The position numbers and the translations under genes were made by a program. From Prochlorococcus sp. AG-679-M23 (GTDB lineage Bacteria > Cyanobacteriota > Cyanobacteriia > PCC-6307 > Cyanobiaceae): a stretch of 64,000 nt of DNA. The notes beneath the pieces are model-generated. The model made no database searches and was not told the origin of the DNA. It saw only the letters and a list, made by a program, of their open reading frames with translations. Location: assembly GCA_003208875.1 (NCBI GenBank), contig QCUR01000003.1, forward strand, positions 64,001 to 128,000, written 5' to 3'. Shown piece by piece: positions 23,012 through 32,810 of the stretch. The first letter of the stretch is position 1, and the number at the start of each line of letters is the position of its first letter.

Positions 23012-24784
23012 CTAAATACCTACTTGAACATTCCATAAGTCTGAATATACGTTCTTGTTATTTAGCAACAGCTCATGTTTCCCGCTCTCAATAATTTTGC
23101 CCTTATCTATAACAATTATATTATCAGCATTTTTAATAGTACTTAATCTATGAGCTATAACTATAGTTGTTCTTTCCTTAGTTATTTTAGATAATGATTT
23201 CTGAATTAAAACCTCTGTCTCGTTATCCACTGAAGCAGTAGCCTCATCTAAGATCAATATAGGTGCATCTTTTAAAACAGCCCTAGCTAAAGCTATTCTC
23301 TGACGTTGTCCTCCTGAAAGTTTTTGTCCCCTTTCCCCAACGATTGTTTTATAACCATCCGGTAATTGTTCAATAAATTTATGAGCTTCAGCAATTTTAG
23401 ATGCTTTTACAATATCTTTAATTTTTGGACTAGTTGCCCCATAGGCAATATTTTCCTCAACAGTTCCATGAAATAAATAAGTTTCTTGACTTACTAGAGA
23501 AATACATTTTCTTAAATCTTTTAAATTAATATCCTTTATTGGAATGTTATCCAAAGATATTAGACCCTTATTAGTATCATAAATTCTAAGAAGAAGTTTA
23601 ATAATTGTACTTTTGCCAGAACCAGTTAATCCAACAATTCCTAATGTAGAGTTATTCTGAATTTCAAAATTTATGTTCTTTAATGTTGATTCTCTACCTG
23701 GATAATTAAAATTTACATTTTCAAAACGAACATCGCCTTTTATCTTTTTAGAGCCAATTTTTATTTTGCCATCTTTTATTTTTATAGGGGTATCGATAAG
23801 ATCTATTACTCTATTTATTGATGCCATTGAGCGTTGAAAATCATCTAAAACATGACCTAGAGTAGTCAAAGGCCATAACAATCTTTGAGTAATAAAGACT
23901 AAAAAACTATATGTTCCTACATCAAGTAACTTATTCCAAGTTTGAAAACCTCCAATAAGTAAAATTGCTATAAAAGCAAATAAAATAGCAAATCTTATTA
24001 GTGGAATAAAAGCAGATGATAATTTTATTGCTGCTTTATTACTTCTTTGATATGCAAGGCTTTCTTTATTTAGTCTATTTAGCTCCCAATTCTCTTTAGT
24101 AAAGCTCTTAATAGTAAGTATCCCACTTAAATTATTATTTAATCTTGAAGCCAAAAGACCTGCTTTATTCCTGACATCTTTATATTTTGGAGAGAGCTTT
24201 CTTTGGAATCTTATTGATCCAAGAAATATTAAAGGGATAGGTAAGAAAGCAAATAATGCGATTTTGGGCGCAACAAAGATCATTGTCCCCCCAATAATTA
24301 AAACCGTAATAAATAATTGAATAAGTTGATTAGCGCCTTGATCAAGAAACCTCTCGAGTTGATTTACATCATCATTTAATATCGAAAGTAGTCTTCCCGT
24401 ATTATCGTTTTCAAAGAAAGCCATATCTAGTTCTTGAATATGCTTATAAGCCTTTATTCTCAATTTATGTTGTGATATTTGGGCTAAATTTCTCCATAAA
24501 ACTGAGTATAAATATTCAAAGAAAGATTCTGCTGACCACACTATCCCAGAAGCAAATGCAAGAAATATTAATTGGTTTGGCACTTCCTTTATCCCTAAAC
24601 TAGCAATCCAAGAATTCTGTTCTTTTACTACAATATCTACAGCAAGCCCAATAATTACTGGAGGAGCTAAATCTAAGATTTTATTTATTATTGAACTTAA
24701 AAAAGCAAATAAAAGTAGACTCCTTTCCTCTCTTAAATTTAGATAAAGCCTAACTATAGGATTTTTATTATTTATAAATCTCAT
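23012..24784 (-). CDS. ABC exporter, fused permease and ATPase
   Basis: TM domain, GLTGSGKST, LSGGQRQR, ILDEAT, AHRLST. Confidence 0.93.
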   Translation of the reverse strand: MRFINNKNPIVRLYLNLREERSLLLFAFLSSIINKILDLAPPVIIGLAVDIVVKEQNSWIASLGIKEVPNQLIFLAFASGIVWSAESFFEYLYSVLWRNLAQISQHKLRIKAYKHIQELDMAFFENDNTGRLLSILNDDVNQLERFLDQGANQLIQLFITVLIIGGTMIFVAPKIALFAFLPIPLIFLGSIRFQRKLSPKYKDVRNKAGLLASRLNNNLSGILTIKSFTKENWELNRLNKESLAYQRSNKAAIKLSSAFIPLIRFAILFAFIAILLIGGFQTWNKLLDVGTYSFLVFITQRLLWPLTTLGHVLDDFQRSMASINRVIDLIDTPIKIKDGKIKIGSKKIKGDVRFENVNFNYPGRESTLKNINFEIQNNSTLGIVGLTGSGKSTIIKLLLRIYDTNKGLISLDNIPIKDINLKDLRKCISLVSQETYLFHGTVEENIAYGATSPKIKDIVKASKIAEAHKFIEQLPDGYKTIVGERGQKLSGGQRQRIALARAVLKDAPILILDEATASVDNETEVLIQKSLSKITKERTTIVIAHRLSTIKNADNIIVIDKGKIIESGKHELLLNNKNVYSDLWNVQVGI

Positions 24785-24794
24785 TGTTGTTTTA

Positions 24795-25073
24795 TTATAA
24801 TTTAAATTTTTTCTTAGTTTCTAACTTACATTCATTAATTGAATTTTGATGACTAGTACCTTTTCTAAATTTTTCAAAGTAGCAATTACAAGTATCTTTA
24901 GCAATTTCTTCGTCATAATTTAAATTCGCTTTTAACATTTCCAACTTAAAACTTTCAATACAAAACAAATTTATAATTGAATTATTTTTTGTATTTGCTA
25001 AATATTCAGAATTTAAAAATCCGAACAAAAGAAAAAAACTTCCTAGTACAAAATGTTTTGTAATAGAACCCAT
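24795..25073 (-). CDS. Small hypothetical exported protein
   Basis: 92 aa, signal-like N-terminus, four Cys (C, CxC, C). Confidence 0.6.
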   Translation of the reverse strand: MGSITKHFVLGSFFLLFGFLNSEYLANTKNNSIINLFCIESFKLEMLKANLNYDEEIAKDTCNCYFEKFRKGTSHQNSINECKLETKKKFKL

Positions 25074-25082
25074 GATCCAAAA

Positions 25083-26861
25083 TTAATTCCTTATTCTTAA
25101 ATTTTTTAGTTTGTTCCTAACTTCACCATGTAAATCTCTTGGTAAATCTACCAAGCTGTACTCATTAAATATTTGTATCTTTCCAATCGATCTTCCATTA
25201 ATATTTGTAGACGTACAAATAGAAGAAATAATATTTGCTACTCTAACTCTGTCCATTTTGCCAAAATTAAATTTATAGGTTTCAAAAGAATCATTTTGAT
25301 AATTATTTCTTCTATTTGTATTTCTCATACGATTATTTCCATTTCTATTTGATCTATTACGATCAGAATTATTTTGTCTATAAAGCCAAGACTCGTCTTC
25401 GTTAATAAAGAAAGATTTATTACCTATTGCTAAATTAATAGCTGCCATTGCTATATTTGAATCTTCCATAGAATGCTTTTCTCTTAGGGTATCCAGAATA
25501 TCGATCATCAAAGCTTTTTTTTCTTCATTATTTTCCTGATCTAAAGAACTTTCATTCAAATTTGTAATTAATTTACCCATTCTTTTTTCATTAATTATTT
25601 TATTATTAGGTATCTCAATTTCTTCTATTTTATTTCTTGTTGAATTTTCTAAATTCCTAAGAAAATGTTTTTCTCTTTGATTTACAAATAAAATTGCTTC
25701 CCCAGACCTACCTGCCCTCCCTGTTCTACCGATTCTATGAGTATATGTTTCCTTATCAAAAGGAAAATCGTAATTAATAACAAGTTTAATCCTTTCAACA
25801 TCTAGGCCTCTAGCAGCGACATCAGTGGCAACAAGAATATCAATAAATCCTTTTTTTAATCTATCAACTGTATTTTCTCTTTGATTTTGTGGGATGTCAC
25901 CATTAAGAACAGCTACACTATGACCTGAGTTTTCTAGAGCTTCCGCAATTGAGGTAGTAAGTAGTTTAGTCCTCACAAATATTATTACTCCTTCATTCGT
26001 TATTTCTAATATTCTTTTTAGAGCATCTAACTTATGGTGCCTTTGAACATTAATATATTTTTGAGTAATTAATTGAGTTTCTTGTTTAACGCTTTTAATG
26101 AGTATTTCAGCTGGTTCATTTAGATATTTTTTTGCTATGTTTCTTATCTCATTTGGCATTGTTGCAGAAAACAAAACCATTTGTTTATTTTCTGGAAGTT
26201 TATCTATAATCCATTCAATATCTTCAAGGAATCCCATTTTTAACATTTCATCTGCCTCATCAAGAACAAGACAACTTATGTTATTGATCTTAAAAGTTCC
26301 TTGTCTTATATGATCCATTATTCTTCCAGGAGTTCCAACGACAATGTCTGTCTTTCTTTTAAGTGATGAGATTTGATTCCTAAAATCAGTTCCTCCATAT
26401 ATTGCTAATGTCCTTAAATTAGTTGATTCAGCACTATAACTTTTAAAAGAATCTGCTACTTGAGTAGCCAACTCTCTTGTTGGGGTCATAACCAAAACTT
26501 TAGCGTTTGATTCTTTATTATTTTCAAGCTTTTCTATTAATGGGAGAGCAAAGGCTGCTGTTTTACCTGTACCAGTCTGAGCTTGTCCTAACAAATCTCT
26601 TCCAAGCATTAATTCTGGAATTGCTGCTTTTTGTATAGGTGTAGGTGTTTTATATCCTTTACTTTCTAATGAATTTAATATTAATTTATTAAACCCAAAG
26701 CAAGCAAATCCATTATCAATATCCTCTTCTTTAAAAGAAATTTCATCTTCGGTAACTTCTAATTTTTGTTCTGATTGAATTGAAGGATTATTAGAAATAT
26801 TTTCTACCCCCAAATTATCGTCATTTTTTTCTACTAATTGATTGTCTTTATTTGAAGCCAT
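25083..26861 (-). CDS. deaD: DEAD-box RNA helicase (DeaD/CsdA-like, DbpA C-terminal domain)
   Basis: Q motif, AQTGTGKT, PTRELA, DEAD, SAT, HRIGRTGRAG. Confidence 0.92.
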   Translation of the reverse strand: MASNKDNQLVEKNDDNLGVENISNNPSIQSEQKLEVTEDEISFKEEDIDNGFACFGFNKLILNSLESKGYKTPTPIQKAAIPELMLGRDLLGQAQTGTGKTAAFALPLIEKLENNKESNAKVLVMTPTRELATQVADSFKSYSAESTNLRTLAIYGGTDFRNQISSLKRKTDIVVGTPGRIMDHIRQGTFKINNISCLVLDEADEMLKMGFLEDIEWIIDKLPENKQMVLFSATMPNEIRNIAKKYLNEPAEILIKSVKQETQLITQKYINVQRHHKLDALKRILEITNEGVIIFVRTKLLTTSIAEALENSGHSVAVLNGDIPQNQRENTVDRLKKGFIDILVATDVAARGLDVERIKLVINYDFPFDKETYTHRIGRTGRAGRSGEAILFVNQREKHFLRNLENSTRNKIEEIEIPNNKIINEKRMGKLITNLNESSLDQENNEEKKALMIDILDTLREKHSMEDSNIAMAAINLAIGNKSFFINEDESWLYRQNNSDRNRSNRNGNNRMRNTNRRNNYQNDSFETYKFNFGKMDRVRVANIISSICTSTNINGRSIGKIQIFNEYSLVDLPRDLHGEVRNKLKNLRIRN

Positions 26862-26864
26862 TAA

Positions 26865-26925
26865 AATGCCTGATTATCTACTGATCAGGCATTCAACATT
26901 TATCTAAAGAATATTAAATTGTTGA
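26865..26925 (-). promoter_or_regulatory. Structured 5' UTR of the helicase gene (two adjacent hairpins)
   Basis: Perfect 10-bp inverted repeat AATGCCTGAT/ATCAGGCATT (26865-26893) ending 3 nt before the ATG; second stem TCAACA-TTTA/TAAA-TGTTGA (26893-26925). Confidence 0.55.
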
Positions 26926-26998
26926 CTAGCCTTTCAGAGCCGAATCACTAATCTAACATCTGGAGGTAAAGATAACTCTGATTTCACGAAATAAAAAC

Positions 26999-28687
26999 TT
27001 AATTAAGAAAATAAATATCCAGAAAATTCTTTGCTCTTGTAATTGCGGTATATAGTAATCTCTTTTCATAACTATCTCTAAAGAAAATTAATTTGCTTTC
27101 TTTCAGACCTTCCTTGTAATTGTTAATTTGAGATTTTTGGGTCCACAAAATACTTACTTTTTCAGATTCGCTTCCTTGAGATTTATGAATAGTGATAGCA
27201 ATTGCTGGCACGACATTATCAAGAGTTGATGGTTCAATAAAGTCAACTACAAGATCATTATTTTCATTAAATTTCCTAAATAGAAATTTCCGGTTTTCAT
27301 TTTTTCCTATTAGGACTCCAATATCTCCATTTGAAATTCCGAGTTCGTTATTATTTTCAGTACACATTATGGGGATCCCTTCTTCAAGGCTAGTAAAGTC
27401 ATAAGGTTTTCTCTGGCCTAAAACAATATCATTTATATTCTCAACGCTCCATGTCCCAGTATTCTTCTCACAAAGGATAAGGTGACTTTGTAAATCTGTA
27501 AAAATATTATTTATTAAGTCTTTTTCATGGCTCATTAAATCTCCAAATGTTTTTTGAAAGATATATTCTTTTTTACTTAAGTTTGATGTTGAAATTCGTA
27601 ATTTATTAATGTAATCTTTAATTTCATTTAATAATCTTAGAGGAATATTCTTATTAATGCTTTTTAAGATATTAGCTTCTTTTGATTTTTTATCATTTTC
27701 TAATTCTTTTATCTTTTTCTTAAATAAGGAATCTGTAGGATTAAAAATAAGATTACTAAGTAATTCAATATCACCACTATTTCTATAAGTTTTATTGAGA
27801 TTTACTATACAAGATTTGATTACCTCATTATTAGAATATTCGAATAAATAATTCCAAATAGAGGAATTTTTTACTGGAGGTAATTGATTTTTATCACCAA
27901 CTAGGATTATTTTACAATCTTTAGCTAATAAATCTAAAATCAATTCAATAATATCAATATTTACCATTGACATTTCATCAATAATAAAAATATCTAATTC
28001 CTTTAATTTAAATTTTAATTTAATAGCTTTATGTTCAGAATTAAAAATCCATTTATGTAAAGTTTGACATTCTATTTGATCAAGACTTTTACTAAAAATT
28101 ATATCTTTTTGTTCATTAAGAGATTCTTTTAGTCTAGAGGTAGCTTTTCCAGTAGGTGCTGCGAGTCCTATATTTAAAAAACTGTCACTTTTTAAAGAAT
28201 TTAATATAAATTTTATAATTAAAGTTGTTTTGCCTGTTCCTGGTCCTCCTTGCAGAAATACTAAATTTGAACTTTTAAAAATATTTTTAATTTGATGAAG
28301 TTTATTATCATCATTTATTTTTATTGGGATTTTATCTATTTTCTTTAAGAAGATATTTATAACTCTATTTATCTTTCCAGACCATTTTGCTAATGATAAT
28401 TTCCTATCACTAAATATAAATGGGGAATTAAAGGAGTTTAACAATCCTAAATCTTTGAGAACTTTTAAATGTTCATTAGGCCATCCATCTTTTAATAAAT
28501 CAAATAATATTAACCTTTTATCAACTTCTACAATAGTTTCACCATTTTTCTCAAATTCTAATAATATTTTTAAAGTATCTTTTACGAAATCTCCATCTTT
28601 TATTTCATTAAATCCAAAAATATCCTGGAGGAGATTAAATATATGATTATATTGAAATGCTTCTATATCCAAATTAGTATGATTCAT
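26999..28687 (-). CDS. recD: Exodeoxyribonuclease V alpha subunit
   Basis: GGPGTGKTT, APTGKA, DEMSM, GDKNQLP, TIHKSQGSE, YTAITRA. Confidence 0.92.
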   Translation of the reverse strand: MNHTNLDIEAFQYNHIFNLLQDIFGFNEIKDGDFVKDTLKILLEFEKNGETIVEVDKRLILFDLLKDGWPNEHLKVLKDLGLLNSFNSPFIFSDRKLSLAKWSGKINRVINIFLKKIDKIPIKINDDNKLHQIKNIFKSSNLVFLQGGPGTGKTTLIIKFILNSLKSDSFLNIGLAAPTGKATSRLKESLNEQKDIIFSKSLDQIECQTLHKWIFNSEHKAIKLKFKLKELDIFIIDEMSMVNIDIIELILDLLAKDCKIILVGDKNQLPPVKNSSIWNYLFEYSNNEVIKSCIVNLNKTYRNSGDIELLSNLIFNPTDSLFKKKIKELENDKKSKEANILKSINKNIPLRLLNEIKDYINKLRISTSNLSKKEYIFQKTFGDLMSHEKDLINNIFTDLQSHLILCEKNTGTWSVENINDIVLGQRKPYDFTSLEEGIPIMCTENNNELGISNGDIGVLIGKNENRKFLFRKFNENNDLVVDFIEPSTLDNVVPAIAITIHKSQGSESEKVSILWTQKSQINNYKEGLKESKLIFFRDSYEKRLLYTAITRAKNFLDIYFLN

Positions 28688-28688
28688 T

Positions 28689-31600
28689 CTAAAAAAGTTT
28701 ATCTAAATAATTAATTCTATTTATAGGAGCCTGGCCAATAAAAACTCCTGGAGAAATATCTTTCTCAACAGATTTTTCAAACAACTTTTTGTCAGGCAAT
28801 CCCTTTAAAAATAAATATACATATCCTCCAAGATGAAGATTAGGTTGATAATTTTTTAATCTCCACTTTAATAATCTATGTAATGCCAATAGATAAAGAT
28901 GAGATTGCAATGGGTAATGATGTTTAATCATTTCTTCTTTCATATTTTCATAGTTATAGTTTCCAGGTAAACAATCACTATTTTCGCTTCCAGAAATAAA
29001 ATTACTTTTCCAATCGATTACCCACCATTTACTATCCTCTAACGTATTACCAATAGGGACTACACAGTCAATACAACCTGAGTGAAAACCTTTATTTAGA
29101 ATTTGTAGATCATTAATTTTGTTTGAGTAGCTTTTACCAAATTCAAATTCTTGATCCAATAGAAAGCATTTAGAAATATCATATGAATTAATATTTTTTC
29201 CATTATGAGAAAGTGTTAAATTGTACTTAACCTCTTTTAGAATATTATTTGAAGAGATATCAATTAATTTTTTATTTAATAATTTCCTTCCAAGCGAGAC
29301 GTTAATGATTCGCAATATACCTTCTCTTACATTTAATGCTAAAGAAGTATCAATTTGAAAGAAATTTAATTCTTCTTTAATTAAATCAAGTAATTTATCG
29401 TTGTTATCATTTTGAAAATCAAATCTCTCTATTATTTTATGCAAACATGTACCAGCAATAGTACCTTTAGGAAAATCACTTAAGGGATTGGAGAGAGTTA
29501 AGTATTTGGGACAATTTTTTGATTTTTCTAAATTAGTATCTTGGTAATTATTAAGAATTGAGATATTATCTTCATAATCCTTGTATTGATTGGAAGCATA
29601 GTCTGTTTTTTTTTCTTTACTAATCCATGAGGAATAACTTGAGAAAGAAATAACTTCTTCAGAAGGAATTTTTTTAGGTTTTTTTGTATTAACTTTATTT
29701 ATTTTCCAAAGATTATTCTTCAAACCATTAAAATTAAATTTATTAGATATTTCTCTAATATTTATTGCCTCTATTTTATGTTCAATTTTAGATTTATGAA
29801 AATTAATATTTTCTAGGTTAGGTAATAAATCATTATTAATAATATTATTTGTATTATTAATATCATTAAAGATAATGAGCTTATATTTACTCCTGGTAAG
29901 AGCCACATAAATCAATCTTTCACTTTCTTTAAATAAATCTCTTTCTTCTATTAATTTAAAATCTTCTACCTTACTGTAATTATTAGAAATATTGATATAG
30001 ATAGACCTATCCAAATTTGATTTCCAGATTGGACCTTTGGTTTTATTTGATTTGTTGGAAATAATAGATAAGTAGGGACATAAAACTATTTCATATTCAA
30101 GTCCCTTACTATTATGAATTGTCGAAAGATTAATTCCATTTTGAAGATTATAATCTTTTGTAAAATAATCGTCTCCAGTACAACTCCTTAAAGAATCATC
30201 TAATTGGTTTAGATACCACTTAAATACTTTATTTAGATTAAATTGATTATTGATTAATTCTATTTCAATTATCTCTGACAATTGAAATAGATTCGAGTAT
30301 AAATCTGCATCAAATATAATTGAGGATGACTTGTAATTAATAATGAGTTCATTAACAAGGGTTAAAAATCCTTTCTCTTTTAATTCCAAAGACCATGAAA
30401 TACATCGATTAGTTAAAATTTCAATTTTTTTACTAATTTGATGATCAATTAATTCTGCCATATCCATTTCTATAAATTTAGAAGTAGCCAACAAACTTAT
30501 ATTCCTATAACGCCTTGGATATAATATAGATTCAATAAATAAGACTAATAGAGTACTGGCTTCAGTATCAAAGATATTTTTTTTATTTTTAATCTGGCAC
30601 GGTATATTTAACTTTATTAATTTATTTTTTAATTCTAAACATTGAGAATTATACAAGGTAAGAATTGAAATTTTATTAATATCAATTTCATTATTATTTA
30701 AAAGAAAACTAACTATATATTTAGTGACAAGATCTTCAATATCAACTTCTTTGCTTGAAAATTCTACAATTTCAAATACATTCTTAAAATCAAATTTATG
30801 ATTAAAACTTTTATTAAGTTTAGAGTTTAAATTATTATATTCAAGTTTTGATTCTCTAAGTCCATTTTTATATAGATTATTAATAACATCAAGTAATTTA
30901 TTTGAAGATCTAAAGTTATTTGTAAGACTAAAAACTTCAATGGCATCAGATTTAGCCTCTAAATAAGTTTCAATATCTCCACCTCTAAATTTATAAATAG
31001 CCTGCTTTGGATCTCCAACGCAAAGTAAAAAGTGATTATTTGTATAAAAGAATTTTTTTATTATGCTCCACTGAATATTATCTGTATCTTGAAACTCATC
31101 CACTAGAACACATTTAAATCTATTTTGAATTTCTGAAAGACTTTTATCATTGGTAAGATCTGATCCTAGATATTTTTTCTCAACAGTCTTTATAAGATCA
31201 TTAAAATTAAAAATAGATAAACTTCTTTTTAAGGTAATTAGTTTTATATAAGCTAATTGAATAAATATTCTTACAAATTCAGTATAAAAGCCTTCTTTAA
31301 TTTTATAAATTTTATCTTGAAGTAATTTAAACCTACTAAAATCTAGACTTAGATCAAATTTATTTATTTCTTTATTGATATTTTTATTATAAAAATATTT
31401 AAATAAAAGATCTTCATTTGAAATCTCATATAAAAGTTGACTTATATCTTCTGAATTAAGTCTTTTATTAATATCTTCTATCCATTCAGTTATTTGATTA
31501 AACTTATTGTTTCTTGGCTTGGACGAATATACCTGACTTTTGCATCCAATTTCCTTTATTAATTTCCCTAATGAAATAAGTTTAAGATATAATTCCTCCC

Positions 31601-32324
31601 CATTATTATTCCATTCAACACAAAACGCTTTCCAATTTATATGTAAAAATTCTTTTAAATAACTTGATATATCAATATTCTTATATTTATTTATTATTTC
31701 AAATTTGCAAATATTTTCTTGATCAATATTTTTTAAAATTTCAACAAAAAATGATTTATTAATTTTACTTCCATATATAGAACTTATTTTTTTTTGATTA
31801 ACTGCAGAAATTATTTCTGGATCAAGATTTTGAAATTGCTCAATCCATAAATCATCGATTATATCTTGGTATAAATTATCTATATTATTTTCAATAAATG
31901 GATCTTGTGCTGAGCCTATATCTATACTAAATTCCTCTAAAATATTATTGCAAAAAGCATGGAACGTAGTTACTTTTAGTTTATAAATAGTATTAATAAA
32001 ATTATCAATATCAAATATTATTTTTTTCGGATTCGTTTCCTCCTTTTGAAAGTTTTTATACCATTCTAAAAGAGTATTATCTAATTCAGTTTCTTCGGGA
32101 TTCTGTAAAAATAATTTGAGTTTACAAAATCTTGAAAGTATTTTATCTCTTAATTCTATACATGTATTTTTCGTGAAACTTAATAAAAGTATTTCCTCTG
32201 ATTTGATCTTTTTCTCCAATACATTTCTTAAAACTAAGTGAGCCAAAGTAAAGCTTTTTCCAGTTCCTGCACTTGCTTCTATTAATTTAAAATTATTATC
32301 TAATTTAATTTTGTTAATATCCAT
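28689..32324 (-). CDS. recB: Exodeoxyribonuclease V beta subunit
   Basis: EASAGTGKS, DEFQDT, GDPKQAIYKFRG, YVALTR, C-terminal nuclease IDWKSN. Confidence 0.93.
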   Translation of the reverse strand: MDINKIKLDNNFKLIEASAGTGKSFTLAHLVLRNVLEKKIKSEEILLLSFTKNTCIELRDKILSRFCKLKLFLQNPEETELDNTLLEWYKNFQKEETNPKKIIFDIDNFINTIYKLKVTTFHAFCNNILEEFSIDIGSAQDPFIENNIDNLYQDIIDDLWIEQFQNLDPEIISAVNQKKISSIYGSKINKSFFVEILKNIDQENICKFEIINKYKNIDISSYLKEFLHINWKAFCVEWNNNGEELYLKLISLGKLIKEIGCKSQVYSSKPRNNKFNQITEWIEDINKRLNSEDISQLLYEISNEDLLFKYFYNKNINKEINKFDLSLDFSRFKLLQDKIYKIKEGFYTEFVRIFIQLAYIKLITLKRSLSIFNFNDLIKTVEKKYLGSDLTNDKSLSEIQNRFKCVLVDEFQDTDNIQWSIIKKFFYTNNHFLLCVGDPKQAIYKFRGGDIETYLEAKSDAIEVFSLTNNFRSSNKLLDVINNLYKNGLRESKLEYNNLNSKLNKSFNHKFDFKNVFEIVEFSSKEVDIEDLVTKYIVSFLLNNNEIDINKISILTLYNSQCLELKNKLIKLNIPCQIKNKKNIFDTEASTLLVLFIESILYPRRYRNISLLATSKFIEMDMAELIDHQISKKIEILTNRCISWSLELKEKGFLTLVNELIINYKSSSIIFDADLYSNLFQLSEIIEIELINNQFNLNKVFKWYLNQLDDSLRSCTGDDYFTKDYNLQNGINLSTIHNSKGLEYEIVLCPYLSIISNKSNKTKGPIWKSNLDRSIYINISNNYSKVEDFKLIEERDLFKESERLIYVALTRSKYKLIIFNDINNTNNIINNDLLPNLENINFHKSKIEHKIEAINIREISNKFNFNGLKNNLWKINKVNTKKPKKIPSEEVISFSSYSSWISKEKKTDYASNQYKDYEDNISILNNYQDTNLEKSKNCPKYLTLSNPLSDFPKGTIAGTCLHKIIERFDFQNDNNDKLLDLIKEELNFFQIDTSLALNVREGILRIINVSLGRKLLNKKLIDISSNNILKEVKYNLTLSHNGKNINSYDISKCFLLDQEFEFGKSYSNKINDLQILNKGFHSGCIDCVVPIGNTLEDSKWWVIDWKSNFISGSENSDCLPGNYNYENMKEEMIKHHYPLQSHLYLLALHRLLKWRLKNYQPNLHLGGYVYLFLKGLPDKKLFEKSVEKDISPGVFIGQAPINRINYLDKLF

Positions 32325-32336
32325 ATCTTATTTAAG

Positions 32337-32810
32337 TTAATATTTAACCTTATCTGTATAAATAAAATAATTTTTAAATTTTTTATTTAAATAGTTCTCT
32401 TCTAAAATTATCTTTAATTTAATTATTAAAGCAAGACTTATTGTTAAAAATAAATGATAAAAAGATAATTTAGTAATAAAAAAACCAAAAGATATCAGTA
32501 TTAAAGAATAATACATAGGATGTCTAATGAAACTATAAATGCCTGAAGTAGTTAGATTGCCATTGACTATAGGTCTTGGGAAAGGAGATAAATTTCTACC
32601 TAAGTCTTTAATTGAAATCAACATGACAATTGTTGAGATTATGATGAGTAAGAAACCCACAAAACTAAATAAAAAATTAACTTGCATTATTTCTTTCTTA
32701 GGAATAAATTCCAAATGAATAAAATGAAGAATAATGATGAAGAACTGAAAAAGAACTAGGGAAAATTCATAAGATTTCTTAAAAAATCTTTTCAACTTTA
32801 ATTTATACAT
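32337..32810 (-). CDS. Membrane methyltransferase (PEMT/ICMT-like)
   Basis: TM helices with GIYSFIRHPMY and EE motif. Confidence 0.82.
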   Translation of the reverse strand: MYKLKLKRFFKKSYEFSLVLFQFFIIILHFIHLEFIPKKEIMQVNFLFSFVGFLLIIISTIVMLISIKDLGRNLSPFPRPIVNGNLTTSGIYSFIRHPMYYSLILISFGFFITKLSFYHLFLTISLALIIKLKIILEENYLNKKFKNYFIYTDKVKY

